Assembly (NCBI RefSeq): GCF_006345805.1
Contig: NC_042998.1
Location: 49,910,001-49,974,000 of the forward strand
Direction of reading: 5' to 3'
DNA length: 64,000 bases
From: Octopus sinensis
Taxonomy: Eukaryota
This document shows positions 1 to 14,347 of the stretch, one piece after another. The position numbers and the translations under genes are program-made. Positions within the stretch are counted from its first letter, which is position 1. The number at the start of each line of letters is the position of its first letter. Below the pieces are notes generated by a model that saw only the letters and a list, made by a program, of their open reading frames with translations, did not search any database and had not been told where the DNA came from.

Positions 1-88
1 TCAATTAAATAATAATATAAATAATATATATATAATAATATATATATATATAAATAATATATATATATAAATAATATATATATATATA

Positions 89-132
<44 letters not shown>

Positions 133-605
133 GTGCATATATGGGTATAGGACATCACTAACAGTAAACAGCATGAAATACGAAAACAAATGAATTAAAT
201 ATGCAAATAACGAGAGGAAAGTAGAAAACAAGACAAGTAGTACAAAGAATGACCCTTCATCAGTTGTCGGCTGTTTGTCTACTCCCCATTTCGAGCAAAC
301 ACATATATGATATCCGTATATAACAATTTAAACTGATTCATATATAATATAATTATACATGTACACATTAGTACATGCTCATTTATACATACATCAACTA
401 CAAAACATACCACCTTAGACAATTATATACTTACATAGTTAACAATTATACACATATATACGCAGTCTCTCTTTCTCCCTCTCTCTCACTCACTCACCCC
501 CTCTCTCTTTCACACACACATATATATATATATATATTAGGCAAGACAAATACATTAGAATTACCGGCAGCATGAATTCGGAGAAAAATCAAAGAAAGGT
601 TTATT

Positions 606-913
606 GGCACTCCCTCGGTTACGACTATGAGGGTTCCAGTTAATCCGATCGACAGAACAGCCTACTGGTGAAATCAACGTGTAAGTGGCTGAGCACTCCA
701 CAAACACATGTACCCTTAACGTAGTTCTCGGGGAGATTCAGCGTGACACAGAGTGTGACAAGGCTAGCCCTTTGAAATACAGGTACTACTCATTTTTGCC
801 AGCTGAGTGGTGGAGTGGAGCAACGTGTCTTGCTCAAGGACACAACGTGTCTCCGTGAATTGAACTAACGATCGTGAGACGACTGTCCTAACCACTAAGC
901 CACGCACCTTCAC
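606..913 (-). mobile_element. tRNA-derived SINE, family C
   Basis: Minus-strand head with A box (TGGCTTAGTGGTTAGG) and B box (GTTCAATTC); body shared with 18344-18696 and 28545-28815. Confidence 0.85.
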
Positions 914-1103
914 AAAGGTATATTAAACACCATATAACAGAAATTCCTAGTTTATTAAGATTATCTTCTCTTGGAGAAGCAGTAAACAAACTGTCCGGTG
1001 GCAACCGCAATCACCGAATGAGCACTCTTGGTAATCTTCATTAAAAAAATAATGTCCCTATTTGATATGCCATTAAAGAAAGGACAGTCGACGTTTTTTC
1101 TTT

Positions 1104-1149
1104 CTGGAGACACGCGTTTCTGCCACAATATGCATCATCAGCGCTGCAG
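1104..1149 (-). ncRNA. Minimal hammerhead-ribozyme-like motif
   Basis: Minus strand CTGATGA-TGC(atattgtg)GCA-GAAAC-gcgt-GTC: intact core boxes, 3-bp stem II, short stem III, GUC triplet; stem I imperfect. Confidence 0.55.
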
Positions 1150-1978
1150 CTTTCCTACCTTTACTAAGATATAAGATTTAGACATATCCATAAAGACTAG
1201 AGAAAATTTATTGCCTAAGGTAATTTGCATAATTCAAACGCAAATGAGCTAAAAGAAATCAATTAGAGTTGCCAGTGACAGAGAACTGATGTCCATACAT
1301 GTATGTCTACACACACACACATACACACGTACACCACAAGCAAGAGTGCTTAGTTTTGGGCAGATCTACGCATCAGTCTCTTGACTACATCATCACATAT
1401 ACAGAACCAGATGATATGACATCTATCTTATGTGAGTTTTATGTGATTTTTCGCAATAACACATGACATTTCAAATAGTAGAACTTTAGGATTTTATGGA
1501 TATTGATAAGAAAAAGCAGAGGATGTGATAAAAATAAAAATATATTCTCGAAAATTAAGTAGATTGCAGTAAGGAAATTAAATTTATGAGATTCGATTAT
1601 ATTTTCACTAGAATGCCTTTAGTTTTTCTGATTTCTTGAAATGACTGGCATAAACACACACACACACACACTCACACACATATATGCGTGTGTATATATA
1701 TAAACATACTGAGTTCAAGAAAAACATAGACATAAACATACACACACACATACACACACACAAAGAAATATTTATTTATAAATCTATGTGTGAGTATGCG
1801 TGTAATTATGTGCTTGTCTGTGTGTCTCCATGAGTGCACTTTTCTGTGATCAGTATATATATAAATATATATACACACAACACGCACACACACATACATA
1901 CATACATACATATCTACATGGATACATGCATGCATGTATCCATATATATATACATACATGCTCACATACATGTGTGCG

Positions 1979-2041
<63 letters not shown>

Positions 2042-2043
<2 letters not shown>

Positions 2044-2054
2044 CATACATGCTC

Positions 2055-2100
<46 letters not shown>

Positions 2101-2809
2101 ATCTACGGTACATACCTATGCATAGACACGAATAAAACTTAATTTAAAAATGCCTACCTATTATATATTCGGAGAAATGAAAAAGTCTGTGCGTTAACCC
2201 ACAAACAGGCTAAACATAGCAGCTAAATTTCCCTCAGATCGCGTTACTGTCATAGAAAACGATATACTGAATAATGTGGTTCAATGACCTCTACATACAT
2301 GCATGTAAATTATGTGTGTATGCGTGTAAATGTGGGTAAATTTATGTGTGTGTGTGTGTGCGTGTGTGTATTTTTAATATTCTGTGTATGTATAAATATG
2401 CCTATGCAGGATCACTCTTCATATATTTTTTAAAGATGTACATTTAAAGTAGCACAACATCACTTTAATACATCAATATCAAACCTCAACACATTACACT
2501 TAACCGCACTATATAACACAGTTAATAACACCCAGCCTACTTCACCATCTTACGTTACGTCACTTGGCACAGCACAGCGCAATACACACACACACACATA
2601 TACACGCTTACATATACAAAAGTGAATGCATATATATATATGTATCTATCACTACACATATAAGCATATATATACACATATATATTCATATATATATAAG
2701 CATATATATACACATAGAGTTCATATGGTATATATATCCATGCCTATCTAACTATCTATATATCTATATATATATCTATATATATATATATATATATACA
2801 TACATGCTC

Positions 2810-2853
<44 letters not shown>

Positions 2854-3505
2854 ATCTACGGTACATACCTATGCATAGACACGAATAAAACTTAATTTAA
2901 AAATGCCTACCTATTATATATTCGGAGAAATGAAAAAGTCTGTGCGTTAACCCACAAACAGGCTAAACATAGCAGCTAAATTTCCCTCAGATCGCGTTAC
3001 TGTCATAGAAAACGATATACTGAATAATGTGGTTCAATGACCTCTACATACATGCATGTAAATTATGTGTGTATGCGTGTAAATGTGGGTAAATTTATGT
3101 GTGTGCGTGTGTGTATTTTTAATATTCTGTGTATGTATAAATATGCCTATGCAGGATCACTCTTCATATATTTTTTAAAGATGTACATTTAAAGTAGCAC
3201 AACATCACTTTAATACATCAATATCAAACCTCAACACATTACACTTAACCGCACTATATAACACAGTTAATAACACCCAGCCTACTTCACCATCTTACGT
3301 TACGTCACTTGGCACAGCACAGCGCAATACACACACACACACATATACACGCTTACATATACAAAAGTGAATGCATATATATATATGTATCTATCACTAC
3401 ACATATAAGCATATATATACACATATATATTCATATATATATAAGCATATATATATACACATAGAGTTCATATGGTATATATATCCATGCCTATCTAACT
3501 ATCTA

Positions 3506-3530
<25 letters not shown>
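2042..3530. repeat. Near-perfect tandem duplication, period ~750 bp
   Basis: atctacggtacatacc at 2101 and 2854; copies differ mainly in microsatellite lengths. Confidence 0.9.
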
Positions 3531-3544
<14 letters not shown>

Positions 3545-4470
3545 TATATATACACATGCTCATATACAAGCATACATCTACATATACATACATACATATA
3601 TATTTACATATATATATATATATTCATATATGTGAATTATATATATATACACACACACACATGCTCATATACAAACATATATATATACATACATACATAT
3701 ATATTTACATATATATATTCATATATGTGAATTATATATATATATATATATATTCAAGTATATGAATAAATATATATACATATATATATATTCATATATA
3801 TACGCATATACACATATATACCCGTATACACATACATGCATACATATAGATATGTGTGTATATATATATATAACACGCATAGATATATATATATGACACA
3901 TACATATTTATATATGCGTGTGAGTGTATTTATGTATGTATATGTATCAATGTATGTCTTTAATTAAATAAGAAAAAAAACCTGCTTTGCATGCATTTAC
4001 ATGTGATGAAACTAGTTCGCATAACCTTTTCCGCAATTTTACCTGACATTAAATAACCTTTTACAGTAATGATATGTTGGCTTCATGTTCATGTCTTTTA
4101 CAAAAAAAAAAAAAAAAGAATGCCAGTGCTCTAGATGGAATGTTATATCAATTTCAAGAGATGATGATGGTGTTGCTATTGTTGATATAAATTGGTATTT
4201 GGTCACATGTTATCCTTCAACTAACGTAGCTTCTAATGACTTTCGGTTGTGGCCATCCAGCGCTTTCTAAGCCAACAACGTCTTATATATTTCTGTGTTG
4301 GCTTTTCTCCTTTTTCGCCCCCGTATCGCAGTCTGCGATCTGGAAAAAGCATTCGATTCTGTGTTTTCAACAGGTACATAGATTGACTGACTATATAGTG
4401 TGGGGATCGGTATCGTGTAGTCTTGTACTACTACTACTACTACTACCACCACCACCACCACCACACCACC

Positions 4471-4503
<33 letters not shown>

Positions 4504-4624
4504 TCTGCGTGTGTTCGTTTTTGTTGTGGGAGTGAAAATTATTATTGAGTAATTGAGAGACCAATGCATGCCATCAAAGTAACACTGGAGTACAAATATA
4601 CGAAGCCCATTATGACTACCCGTA

Positions 4625-4925
4625 TGATAATGGCACGCCAGGCACATGCATCACAACCATATGTAAGACCTTGCAAGTGGGGCCCAGTTAGAATAGCCCA
4701 TACCGCTTGAAAGGTCACTGAATAAGGGTTGTTTAAGGATGTTGAACGAAACATTCATGTTTCTAGAGGTGAATTATCCAAAGAATTCCTCTCAACCCAT
4801 GGCTATGAGGCTTCCCAACTACTTCTGCTTGTAATCAGGGATGTACATAACGTCAGCCAATAAGGGACCTGCTCAACTGGTTATTGTAAAGCAACAGATA
4901 AGCAAATCTGTTGTATTGAGCAGAT
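4625..4925. repeat. Unclassified interspersed repeat fragment
   Basis: Shares tcaac.catggctatga..ct.cccaac with 7141-7170. Confidence 0.4.
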
Positions 4926-6157
4926 TATTGTTATTATTATTATTATTATTATCAATATCACTATTATTATTACGACTGCAGCCTTTCTAGGTCGACGAGC
5001 AACAAAGAGGCCAAACCTTGACTGTTGTTTGTCTTGACCATCTTGTCTGTTCCGAATTAATAAAATATATACCCATAACAACTGTTTGATATCGAATAGA
5101 GTAGAAGCGTAGGAAATTTCTTTAGAAGGGGTTACCACAAATTACAAAGAAAAAAACAAAAACAAAAAAAAATTAGAGCAATTTCAGCTTTTATTTGAGT
5201 ATGTGTGGGCGAAACTATTTCTATTGTGTATTGCATCACCATCTGTATTTATTGATTTTATTTCCTTTTATATATGTGTGAAGATCGAAAAATATTGATA
5301 TAATTTCCATCAGTGTTCGAGATTGGAATTCTGAGATTTGAACTTGTTATGATAAAGTCAAATGTTTGACAAATAATGTTCTAAAAATGGTTGTGATATA
5401 AGTATGATTAATTATTATATATATCTGACCAGTACATGAAACATCATGCCACTTATTATCTCCGCCTGACTAACTATCATATTGATGTGTCTGAAAAATT
5501 TATAAAATACAGGACCAACCGTCATATGAAATATTTATTAAATTAGCAAAGCCGACTATTATATCAATGAAATTGATCACTAAGCAATTGAAAGGAAACT
5601 GTTCATAAGCAAGGTGATGATTTATGTTTCAAAAACTAGGACAGGCTGTTGTATTAATCAAAGCAAGCATCTTATAGATTAATGTGACGGACGTGAGCAA
5701 CAGACGTACAGATATGGGCTGCCAATATTTGATCAGTTGCCAGAAAGTTTCCTGAAAGACGACATAAATCAAAATTGTTGCAAGTAGATCAGATCAGTAC
5801 AGAGATTAGTTTCAGTAGATATAACCCATCACCCCTGTCTTAATCACTCAGTTAATCTCTTCTTTTGGAAATTTAACTTTGGATAAGCTTTGTATGATTT
5901 AGACAACGTTTTCATCTTGTATTCATCGGGTGTATTTCCAAGCATATGGAGATATTGATTATGAGCGATGCTATATTATAATATTAACACTTGAATTCTG
6001 CTGTCACGTATTGTTGCTTGTGTATATTGCCAATTGCTAGGAGAGTCAGAATGCGCTTTCACCTTAACGCTATTCTGATATGCTATGCCTGGCTCACAGA
6101 TACAAATCTAAAGTGATCGAGCAAAACACACACACACACACATGCACGCGCACGCAT

Positions 6158-6211
<54 letters not shown>

Positions 6212-7737
6212 CCACACACACACTCTCTCCTTGTCTATCTCTCTCTCACACATAAAAAAGAAAACAGGCTCAGAAGATATGAAAACTTATAAACACACAC
6301 ATACACACACACATTCACGCACGCACGCAATCACACACATACGCACATGCGCGCACACACACACACACTGTCTATGTCTCTCTCACACACACAAAAGAAA
6401 GAAAACAGGCTCAGAAGATATGAAAACTTATAAACCCACAATTGAGGTAATATTTGAATATAAAACTGATATTCTAATTTAAATTAGTTGTGTTTGTTAG
6501 TGTTGTTCTGCTCAGTGATTAATGATTGAGAAGATTCACGATATGAATATATAATCAATCAAACGTTTTTTTTAAAGATGGGATAGGTTGTAAATGCATC
6601 CTTCATTGTGTTTGGTCTCTGTGCGTTTCGGTGAGATGAAAGGCGAAATAGCTATTGCAGGTTCATTCTAAGAATTACAAGTCATATAATGGATCAAAAG
6701 CTATTTTGTTTAATGTAGAAATCTAAGCCATCAACTGTATTCATAGATGAGATGCATCTGAAATGCATGGGAATTCTGCATTTGAAATATAAAGCTTAGC
6801 GAATATAATATGACTTTTTTTAAGACATAGCAACGCTTGAAAAGCAAATGAGATACCCTAGAAATTCTAACTGGCATACTGAAAGCATTAATAAAAAATC
6901 CTATAGGTGTAGATTGCTGATTCAGGTTTGGATACAAAGATCTTTCCTGTGTCTTAAAATATTTGTTATATACAATACCTTTCAAAGATGACAGATATTA
7001 ATTATAACTAATGTCCATCGCCGATTTTTGTTCTTGGGTAGCAAACTGCTATTTTCGATTTGCTTACCCCTAGAAAGTATGAAAAATGGCTAATATTTCC
7101 TCCACACTTTGCTTTTGTTACAATATTTATTCAAACCCCTTTCAACACATGGCTATGATTCTTCCCCAACATGAAGACGGATGAAATCCCGCTAAGCATT
7201 TCACTTAGCGTGCTAACGATTCTGCCATCCTGGAGATAACAATACTGGTTTCTGATTTAAGAATAAAGCTGGGAATTTTGAGAGAAGGGGTGTAGTCGAG
7301 ACCATCAACAATCCCCGTACTTTACTGGCACATTATTCTTCCAATCATAGAGGTAGAATGTTATTCTAATCGTGTTCAACGCTTTAACAATTCTGCAAAT
7401 TCATCGCCCGCTTTCAAAGAGCAACAATAATATAAATAGTCGTTATCTATTTATTTATTGGCATAATGTATCCTATATTTCCTTTCTTTCTCTGCAGGGA
7501 TATCTTGTTGGTAAAACCAATATACAGAGAAATAATGTAGAGGTATTTTAGCGAGTTTGATATTGAGGTATAAGAAAGACAAGTTAAATGTTTAGTGGAG
7601 GAGATGAAGGAGAAATCAAATCTCATTAGATACCGTTAACCACTGTACAAAATCGATGCAAGTGAACCTGGGTAAACGTCTCGAAATAAAATATTCACTG
7701 GCAAGAAGTACACATGGAAATATATACGAGAGGAAAT

Positions 7738-8185
7738 AAGGCGGTGACCAAGCAGAATTGTTAGTGCACCAGCAAAGCGGTATTTCATACATCGTTATCC
7801 TCTGAGTTCAAATACCACTGAGGTCAACTTCGCCTTTCATCTTTTCGGGAGTCGATAAAATAAGTACCAGTTGAATACTGGGCTCAACGTAACTGACTTA
7901 ATCCCCCCTAAAATTGCTGATCCTGTACGAAAATTAGAAACCAATATATAGAGAAAGTATAGAGAAAGTATAGAGAAAGTGAGCTGGCTGAATCGTTTGC
8001 ACACCGGGCAAAATGCTTAGCAGCATTTCGTCTGTCTATACGTTGGGTCCAAATGTCACCGAGGCCGATTTTGCTTTTCATCCTTTCGGGGTCGATGAAA
8101 TAAGTAGCAGCTGAACATTGGTGTCGATGTAATTGACTTAGCACCTTCCCTGAAATTTCTGGCTTTGTGCCAAAATTTGAAAGCA
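7738..8185 (+). mobile_element. Two old tandem family A SINEs
   Basis: Diverged head, GAGTTCAAAT box, GCCTTTCATCCTTTCGGGGTCGATAAAATAAGTACCAG core, tail ending GTGCCAAAATTTGAAA. Confidence 0.85.
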
Positions 8186-8395
8186 ACATATAGTGAAACC
8201 ATGGTACTCTTACACTCAAGCTACCGCGCAACCTTGTAGTGGGCTTATGTTGCTAATTCACATCCTTTATCTAATGTTGTCCGCTCCTCCAAAAATGTTT
8301 CTGCTCCAACAGACTCTTTGCTTGAAAATTGTTTTCATAGAACTCACTTCCTTCTTTCATATTTCCGATAAAAATCTTATTTTTATTAAATATTA

Positions 8396-8806
8396 TACTC
8401 TTTACTCTTTTACTCTTTTACTTGTTTCAGACTGCGGCCATGCTGGAGCACCGCTTTAGTCGAACAAATCGACCCCGGGACTTATTCTTTGTAAGCCCAG
8501 TACTTATTCTATCGGTCTCTTTTGCCGAACCGCTAAGTGACGGGGACGTAAACACACCAGCATCGGTTGTCAAGCAATGCTAAGGGGACAAACACAGACA
8601 CACAAACACATACACACACACTTATATGTATATACATATATACGACAGGCTTCTTTCAGTTTCCGTCTACCAAATCCACTCACAAGGCATTGGTCGGCCC
8701 GGGGCTATAGCAGAAGACACTTGCCCAAGATGCCACGCAGTGGGACTGAACCCGGAACCATGTAGTTGGTTAGCAAGGTACTTACCACACAGCCACTCCT
8801 GCGCCT
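8396..8806 (-). mobile_element. tRNA-derived SINE, family B
   Basis: Head AGGCGCAGGAGTGGCTGTGTGGTAAG...GGTTCAGTCCC, CORE-like TTGGGCAAGTGTCTT, internal (TG/TA)n, (AAAGAGT)n tail. Confidence 0.9.
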
Positions 8807-9537
8807 ATGTTGATCTTTATATTAACTTTTGAGCAGATTCTCTAAATTAGAGATGAAAATAATTTCACTTTGTAAATCCCAATGGTCTAAGCGTTGTTTG
8901 AAGTCTCTCATATTGCTGACTACGTACAGTTTGGGTTGAGAGGGACTTCCAATGAATAAAAATAAGAACTCCACCTTAGAAAATTCAAAAGCATTTTTGT
9001 ATAAAGTTGACGGAAAGTGCATACTTATTCCTTTTCAATACTGTTGATGCTGTTATCGTTTCGATAAAACAAAGAGCTCTATAATTAATGTCAATCTAAT
9101 CATGCTCATCTCGTCTTTCTGGGAGTATCTATAAATATGTCGTTCTCTTAGTAGAAATCTGGAGCGTGTGATTAAAGGGAGATTTAGCTGCTATTTCTAA
9201 TAGTTTCCAAAAAAAAAAAAAAATATCGAGAGAGGTGTGTTTAGTTTCGTTCCTCTTTGAGAAGGAAAAAAAAACCAGAAAGGAAGATGGAAACAAAAGT
9301 GCTATAAATGATAAGTATTCGCATTAAAAAGGATGGTAACTTAACTGTTGGAGAAAGGGAAACCGATAAAATAGTATCACACTGAAATAAGGGCTGAGGT
9401 TGATAAGATCGACAAAAGCAATGTTAGCGTGTCTCAACTTGGCTGCATTCCAATCACTGACTCAAGCCAAATATTAAGCAATAACAAGATAATACATGCG
9501 TCCGTGCGTGTGTAAATACATATATATATATACAAAA

Positions 9538-9768
9538 GGCGGCGAGCTGGCAGAAACGTTAGCACGCCGGGCGAAGTGCGTAGCCGTATTTGGTCTGCCG
9601 TTACGTTCTGAGTTCAAATTCCGCCGAGGTCGACTTTGCCTTTCATCCTTTCGGGGTCGATTAAATAAGTACCAGTCGCACACTGGGGTCGACATAATCG
9701 GCTTAATCCGTTTGTCTGTCCTTGTTTGTCCTCTCTGTGTTTAGCCCCTTGTGGGTAGTAAAGAAATA
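9538..9768 (+). mobile_element. Young full-length family A SINE
   Basis: GGCGGCGAGCTGGCAGAAACGTTAGCACGCCGG head through ...CCCCTTGTGGGTAGTAAAGAAATA tail. Confidence 0.92.
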
Positions 9769-9893
9769 TATATATATATACAAAAGCACGTATATATTTG
9801 CATATATATGTGTGTGTGTGTGTACATATGTATAGATATGTGTGTGTATATGCACATACATATATGTATATGTACTTACATATATGCACATAT

Positions 9894-9933
<40 letters not shown>

Positions 9934-10236
9934 GCACACACACTTAATCTCACAAGCACCCACCCACGCACATATATATGCCTAACCGTATACATTTGTA
10001 TGTATGCAAATACATACATACATACATACATACATACATGCATACATACAAACACACACACATACATGCATACATACATACGTGCATAATTGGATAAATA
10101 TATACGCGCATTCATATATAAAAAAATATACTTAAGTAATCTTTCATCTTTGCCAATAAGTTAAGACGATGACTATGATGATGACGCACGGGCTCAGACG
10201 TGCATGCATAATATATATATATATATATATACACAT

Positions 10237-10283
<47 letters not shown>

Positions 10284-11361
10284 CATACATATATATCTGT
10301 GTGTGCGTATATATATTTATATATATACATATATATAACGAATAGATATCGATAGACAGATAAATGCATAAATATTCTGTAAACCTTATATAAATTGGTT
10401 CATTGCCAGCGAAATAATTGGCTATATGACACTTTTCTTCATATTATTATAACACATTTTTCCCCTTCTACTAAATCAATTTCCGCAAATGATATTTCTT
10501 TTTCAACACTAATGCTTAATCTTTTATAACAATTTTTTTCCCCTTTCTTTTTTCATGTTCCACACACGATCTCTTGTCTTCTGCAGCTATCAATAATTCT
10601 TAGCACCTTTTATGAGAAAAGAATCATTGAGACAGTGGGTAATATTTCATTTAAAAGATTGATAGGGATATGTTGTGATGAAGAAGAAGAATTTCAGCAG
10701 TAAAAATTCATAATTATATATGATTATTGCCATAGATATAAAGTATTTTCAAAGAGATGTATCACTTCTTGCCTTAATTAAATACTGACAGACATTTTTC
10801 TATTTTTGAAGAAGTCTATATCGCTTTAGATATTGGATAAATAAAAGATTGTCAACTAAATATGTGCATAAAATATATTCTTATTTAATTGAACCAAAAG
10901 TTAGGCTATTTTTAAATACTATTTCTATGGTGTTTTTTTTTATCAAACGTGCGCAATCTGCGATCGGGAGACATAGATAGTTTGTATTAATTTTGCGAAC
11001 CGTATTCTCTCCTTTTATAGTGGGATATAACACCCAATCTAATGTTAATTACTTTAAAGTGATGCAGCGAACTTACTTATGTTCCTGCTAAATTAACTGA
11101 TGCCAGTTTAATATCACTACCAGTCATAGCATTAAAATTAACTCTATTTCAGACTTTTGGACAACACAATTTCTCGCTGTATGACAGGAATGTAAAAGGG
11201 AAAACAGGAAATGGACAGAAATCCAGTGTTATGAGTAAGATCTTTTGAATGAAACAAAATTTAAGCATAAGTATTTCGATGAACTGGGTTTTGCCAGACA
11301 ATTGATACATACACAAATATACTCATATATACACTCACTTTAGATATTCGATGAATGAACA

Positions 11362-12020
11362 TCTATATATATAAAACTCAACTTGTGTGTCTGTGTGTGT
11401 ATCTGTGTGTGTGTCTGTGTGTTTAACTTCCCGGCACATCTTCTCCTAGCCAACAAATCGTAGAACCACCAAAAATGGGTCACTTAAAGTTTAGGCGAAT
11501 GAAAATTGAAATGCACTATTTCTGTTCCGAAATTCATCTCGCAAGTGCAAAAATCGATAATGTGTTTGTTTAGGCCTTATCCCATGCATTGAATAGTGAA
11601 CTTTACCCAGTCAGCTGTTTGACGTGAACTGTGTTCACCACGCGTGCAAGTATGCGTAAATTGCATGAAAAATTAAAAGTCAAGATATAAAAACGAATCG
11701 CCGTAAACATTGTAGAAATTCGGCAAAGAAATGAATTTTCGGGATGTAGCCTGGAGGGTTTTTTATATTAATCGTTTGGACTTTGTGAACACATACCAAT
11801 TGTTTTCATAACATTTTTAACGCTTTGAATTAAATGTGACTATTTTGCGTTGAGTCTGCAGTTTGAATCACTTTAACCAAATTTTAGCAGGCCGGATTTT
11901 TAATCATCACGATACATCGCCAGCGACTCCCTGAAGCTCTTCCCTGAAATCCCCGTTGAGAAATCTATATATATAAAACTCAACTTGTGTATCTGTGTGT
12001 GTGTCTGTGTGTTTAACTTT
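11362..12020 (+). mobile_element. Helitron-like non-autonomous element plus a second 5' end at 11964
   Basis: A|TCTATATATATAAAACTCAACTTGTGT at 11362 and again at 11964; no clear 3' CTAG end. Confidence 0.55.
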
Positions 12021-12069
12021 TGGATCTACCAAGTTTCATTATTAAGGATGGAAAGTAGTGTGTAGCAAA

Positions 12070-12458
12070 TCTCTATATATAAAGCTGAAGTTGTCTGTGT
12101 GTGGCAGGGTTGGTAGCCTTCAACTAACACTATCTCCTCCGAGACCCTGCAGGGCAAGTTGACCAAAATTGAGAGTATGATAGAAGAAGACTTGCTCTTC
12201 ATTCTGTAGAAGATAAAATTCAAATCGGACCATGTTAACACCAAAAATTATTTACATCAAAATGGTGCTTTTTTTCTATGAAAATCCCTATTTTTTACGA
12301 TTTTTGACTGCTGTGTCACCATTTTTCGGTGTATTTCAACTGGAAAAATGTTCACTTGAAGAGAATAAAAAGTTGCATAATGCAAAAGTTTTACTTTTCA
12401 AAAATTCCAAATCTAAAGGGTCGAAACAAACCCAAGCAACACCGGGTGATACTGCTAG
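12070..12458 (+). mobile_element. Non-autonomous Helitron-like element
   Basis: A|TC start, subterminal CCC...GGG hairpin at 12431-12446, CTAG|T end, no TSD; 3' end shared with 27025-27406. Confidence 0.75.
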
Positions 12459-12732
12459 TAAATATATAAATGAGAAGTATAGCCATATGAGACGGTAAGC
12501 AGTACTCTTTTGATCTGAATCCGCCTGAGACCATTCTCAATCTTTTGACACAAATTTTTGTTTTAAGGTGCTCTAAATTAAAAATTTCCATTAAAATTTT
12601 AAGTTAATTTAATTTTCAAACATTTTTTAATAAGGGTAAGTTATTTTATGAAATATTTTCAAAATTAATTGAAACGAAAGCAACGTATTTTTAACATAAA
12701 TGTGGTAACTCATGGGATGCTATGTATGTATG

Positions 12733-13270
12733 TCATTGTTCAGTTATTTTTCAAGATTTCTTACCATTAGAGAAAGAGCCGGTTTCTAACCCAGATCTAA
12801 GGTTCCTTCATTGGAATTTCAACATCAACAACAGGGTATTTTTGATTGTATGTATGTAAGTACATATATGTGCAGATTTGTACGTTTTCCTTTATGTATG
12901 TATTCTTATGTATATAGTTGCATATCTAGACATGCTCATATATATTTAAACGATAAACTTCTGGAAAGTTTTACAGATTTTTATAGTTCCAGTGATGGAT
13001 TAGATCTGTAGTCTTTGAATTAGCTTTCTCCTTTCTGGTTTTGAGAAGCCCAATTTCTCAAGATTGGTATTTAGGTAGTATGTAACATATCCTAGGGCAT
13101 CAATGATTACAGGTATAAACCTGAGCTTGTAATCTGTATAGAGTAACTGCAGATTTCTCAATAGTTCAGCGTAGGCGTTCTCTTTTTCACTGACATAATA
13201 ACATCCGCTGGGCAGCTAATTTCCACAACTGTACACAGTTTCACTTCTGTATCCCAAATCATTATATCAG
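12733..13270 (-). mobile_element. 3' fragment of an R4/Dong-like non-LTR retrotransposon (restriction-like endonuclease region plus 3' UTR)
   Basis: Minus strand DIMIWDTEVKLCTVVEISCPADV...EKENAYAELLRNLQ...FIPVIIDALG, resembling the PD..E..K RLE region; contains a deletion and a stop; (TATG)n on both sides. Confidence 0.8.
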
Positions 13271-13393
13271 TATGTATGTATGTATGTATGTATGTATGTA
13301 TGTATGTATGTATGTATGTATACTTTTATTCGCTTCAGCTATGCGGCTGCAGTCATGCTGGGATATTGCCGTGAATATATATACAAAACTAGA

Positions 13394-13620
13394 AGGCGGC
13401 GAGCTGGCAGAATTGTTAGCACGCCGGGCGAAATGCTAAGCAGTATTTCGTCTGTCGCTACGTTCTGAGTTCAAATTCCGCCGAGGTCGACTTTGTCTTT
13501 CATCCTTTCGGGGTCGATTAAATGAGTACCAGTTACGCACTGGGGTCGATATAATTAACTTAATCCGTTTGTCTGTCCTTGTTTGTCCCCTCTATGTTTA
13601 GCCCCTCTATGTTTAGTAAA
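13394..13620 (+). mobile_element. Young family A SINE
   Basis: Full head and core; flanked by a direct repeat atatatacaaaactagaa. Confidence 0.9.
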
Positions 13621-14347
13621 AAAAAAATATATATACAAAACTAGAAAGTTTATTACTAGAATTATTAATATTTTTCAGGAGACAATACCAAGCTGCTCTT
13701 AAGTTTCCCTTATGAGGTCATAACAAGACCTAATCATTTCCCGGGTTCTCAGTGATACTTCTCGAAATAAATAAAACATTGTAAGTCACTGACTGACATA
13801 GTTTCCTCAACAACGAATGCTTATTTTCCTATAAGTTTGTTCGTGCTATCTGTACTAAATCAGTGATTATAATGAACATATCTGAGACGAAATCATACTG
13901 CCTTTGTTAAAGCATTTTTGTTATGCTTCTTCGGGAGAAGGATCTGTCTTAATGACAGTTGCATGCCCGCAGTGACTGTTGCATGCTTCTCTACAGTTTC
14001 GGCATAACAAGACGATTGCAAGAAAAATCGTGGCGTGTGTGAGAGTGTGTGTGTGTGTGTGTGTGGAGGGGAGAGACAAATGAAACTGAAGTTGTTTGAC
14101 CTTCCGGAGAGAAAGAAGAAAGACTAGGCGAAATAACACAGACTGTGGTGGAGACTGTGGAGAAGAATATGGGGTGTGAAGTGAAAAGTAAGGGTGACGT
14201 CAGAAGACACGTGTGTTTCATGCAGTTTCGTTAGAGAAAGCATACCAGTTTAGAGGACCAAAAACCCTTATAGAAGCACTAGAATAGCTAAAGAGGATCA
14301 AGAAAGAAGGTCCGTGTATCAGGAGTTTATAATATTGTTAACTTAAG

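Noticed and set aside
257-263. Isolated CTGATGA boxes (also ~19788, ~40302, ~44770)
   Set aside because: No correctly placed GAAA and stems downstream.
13921-14010. CRNCREACNSHC cysteine motif
   Set aside because: Short, with no supporting splice sites or domain context.
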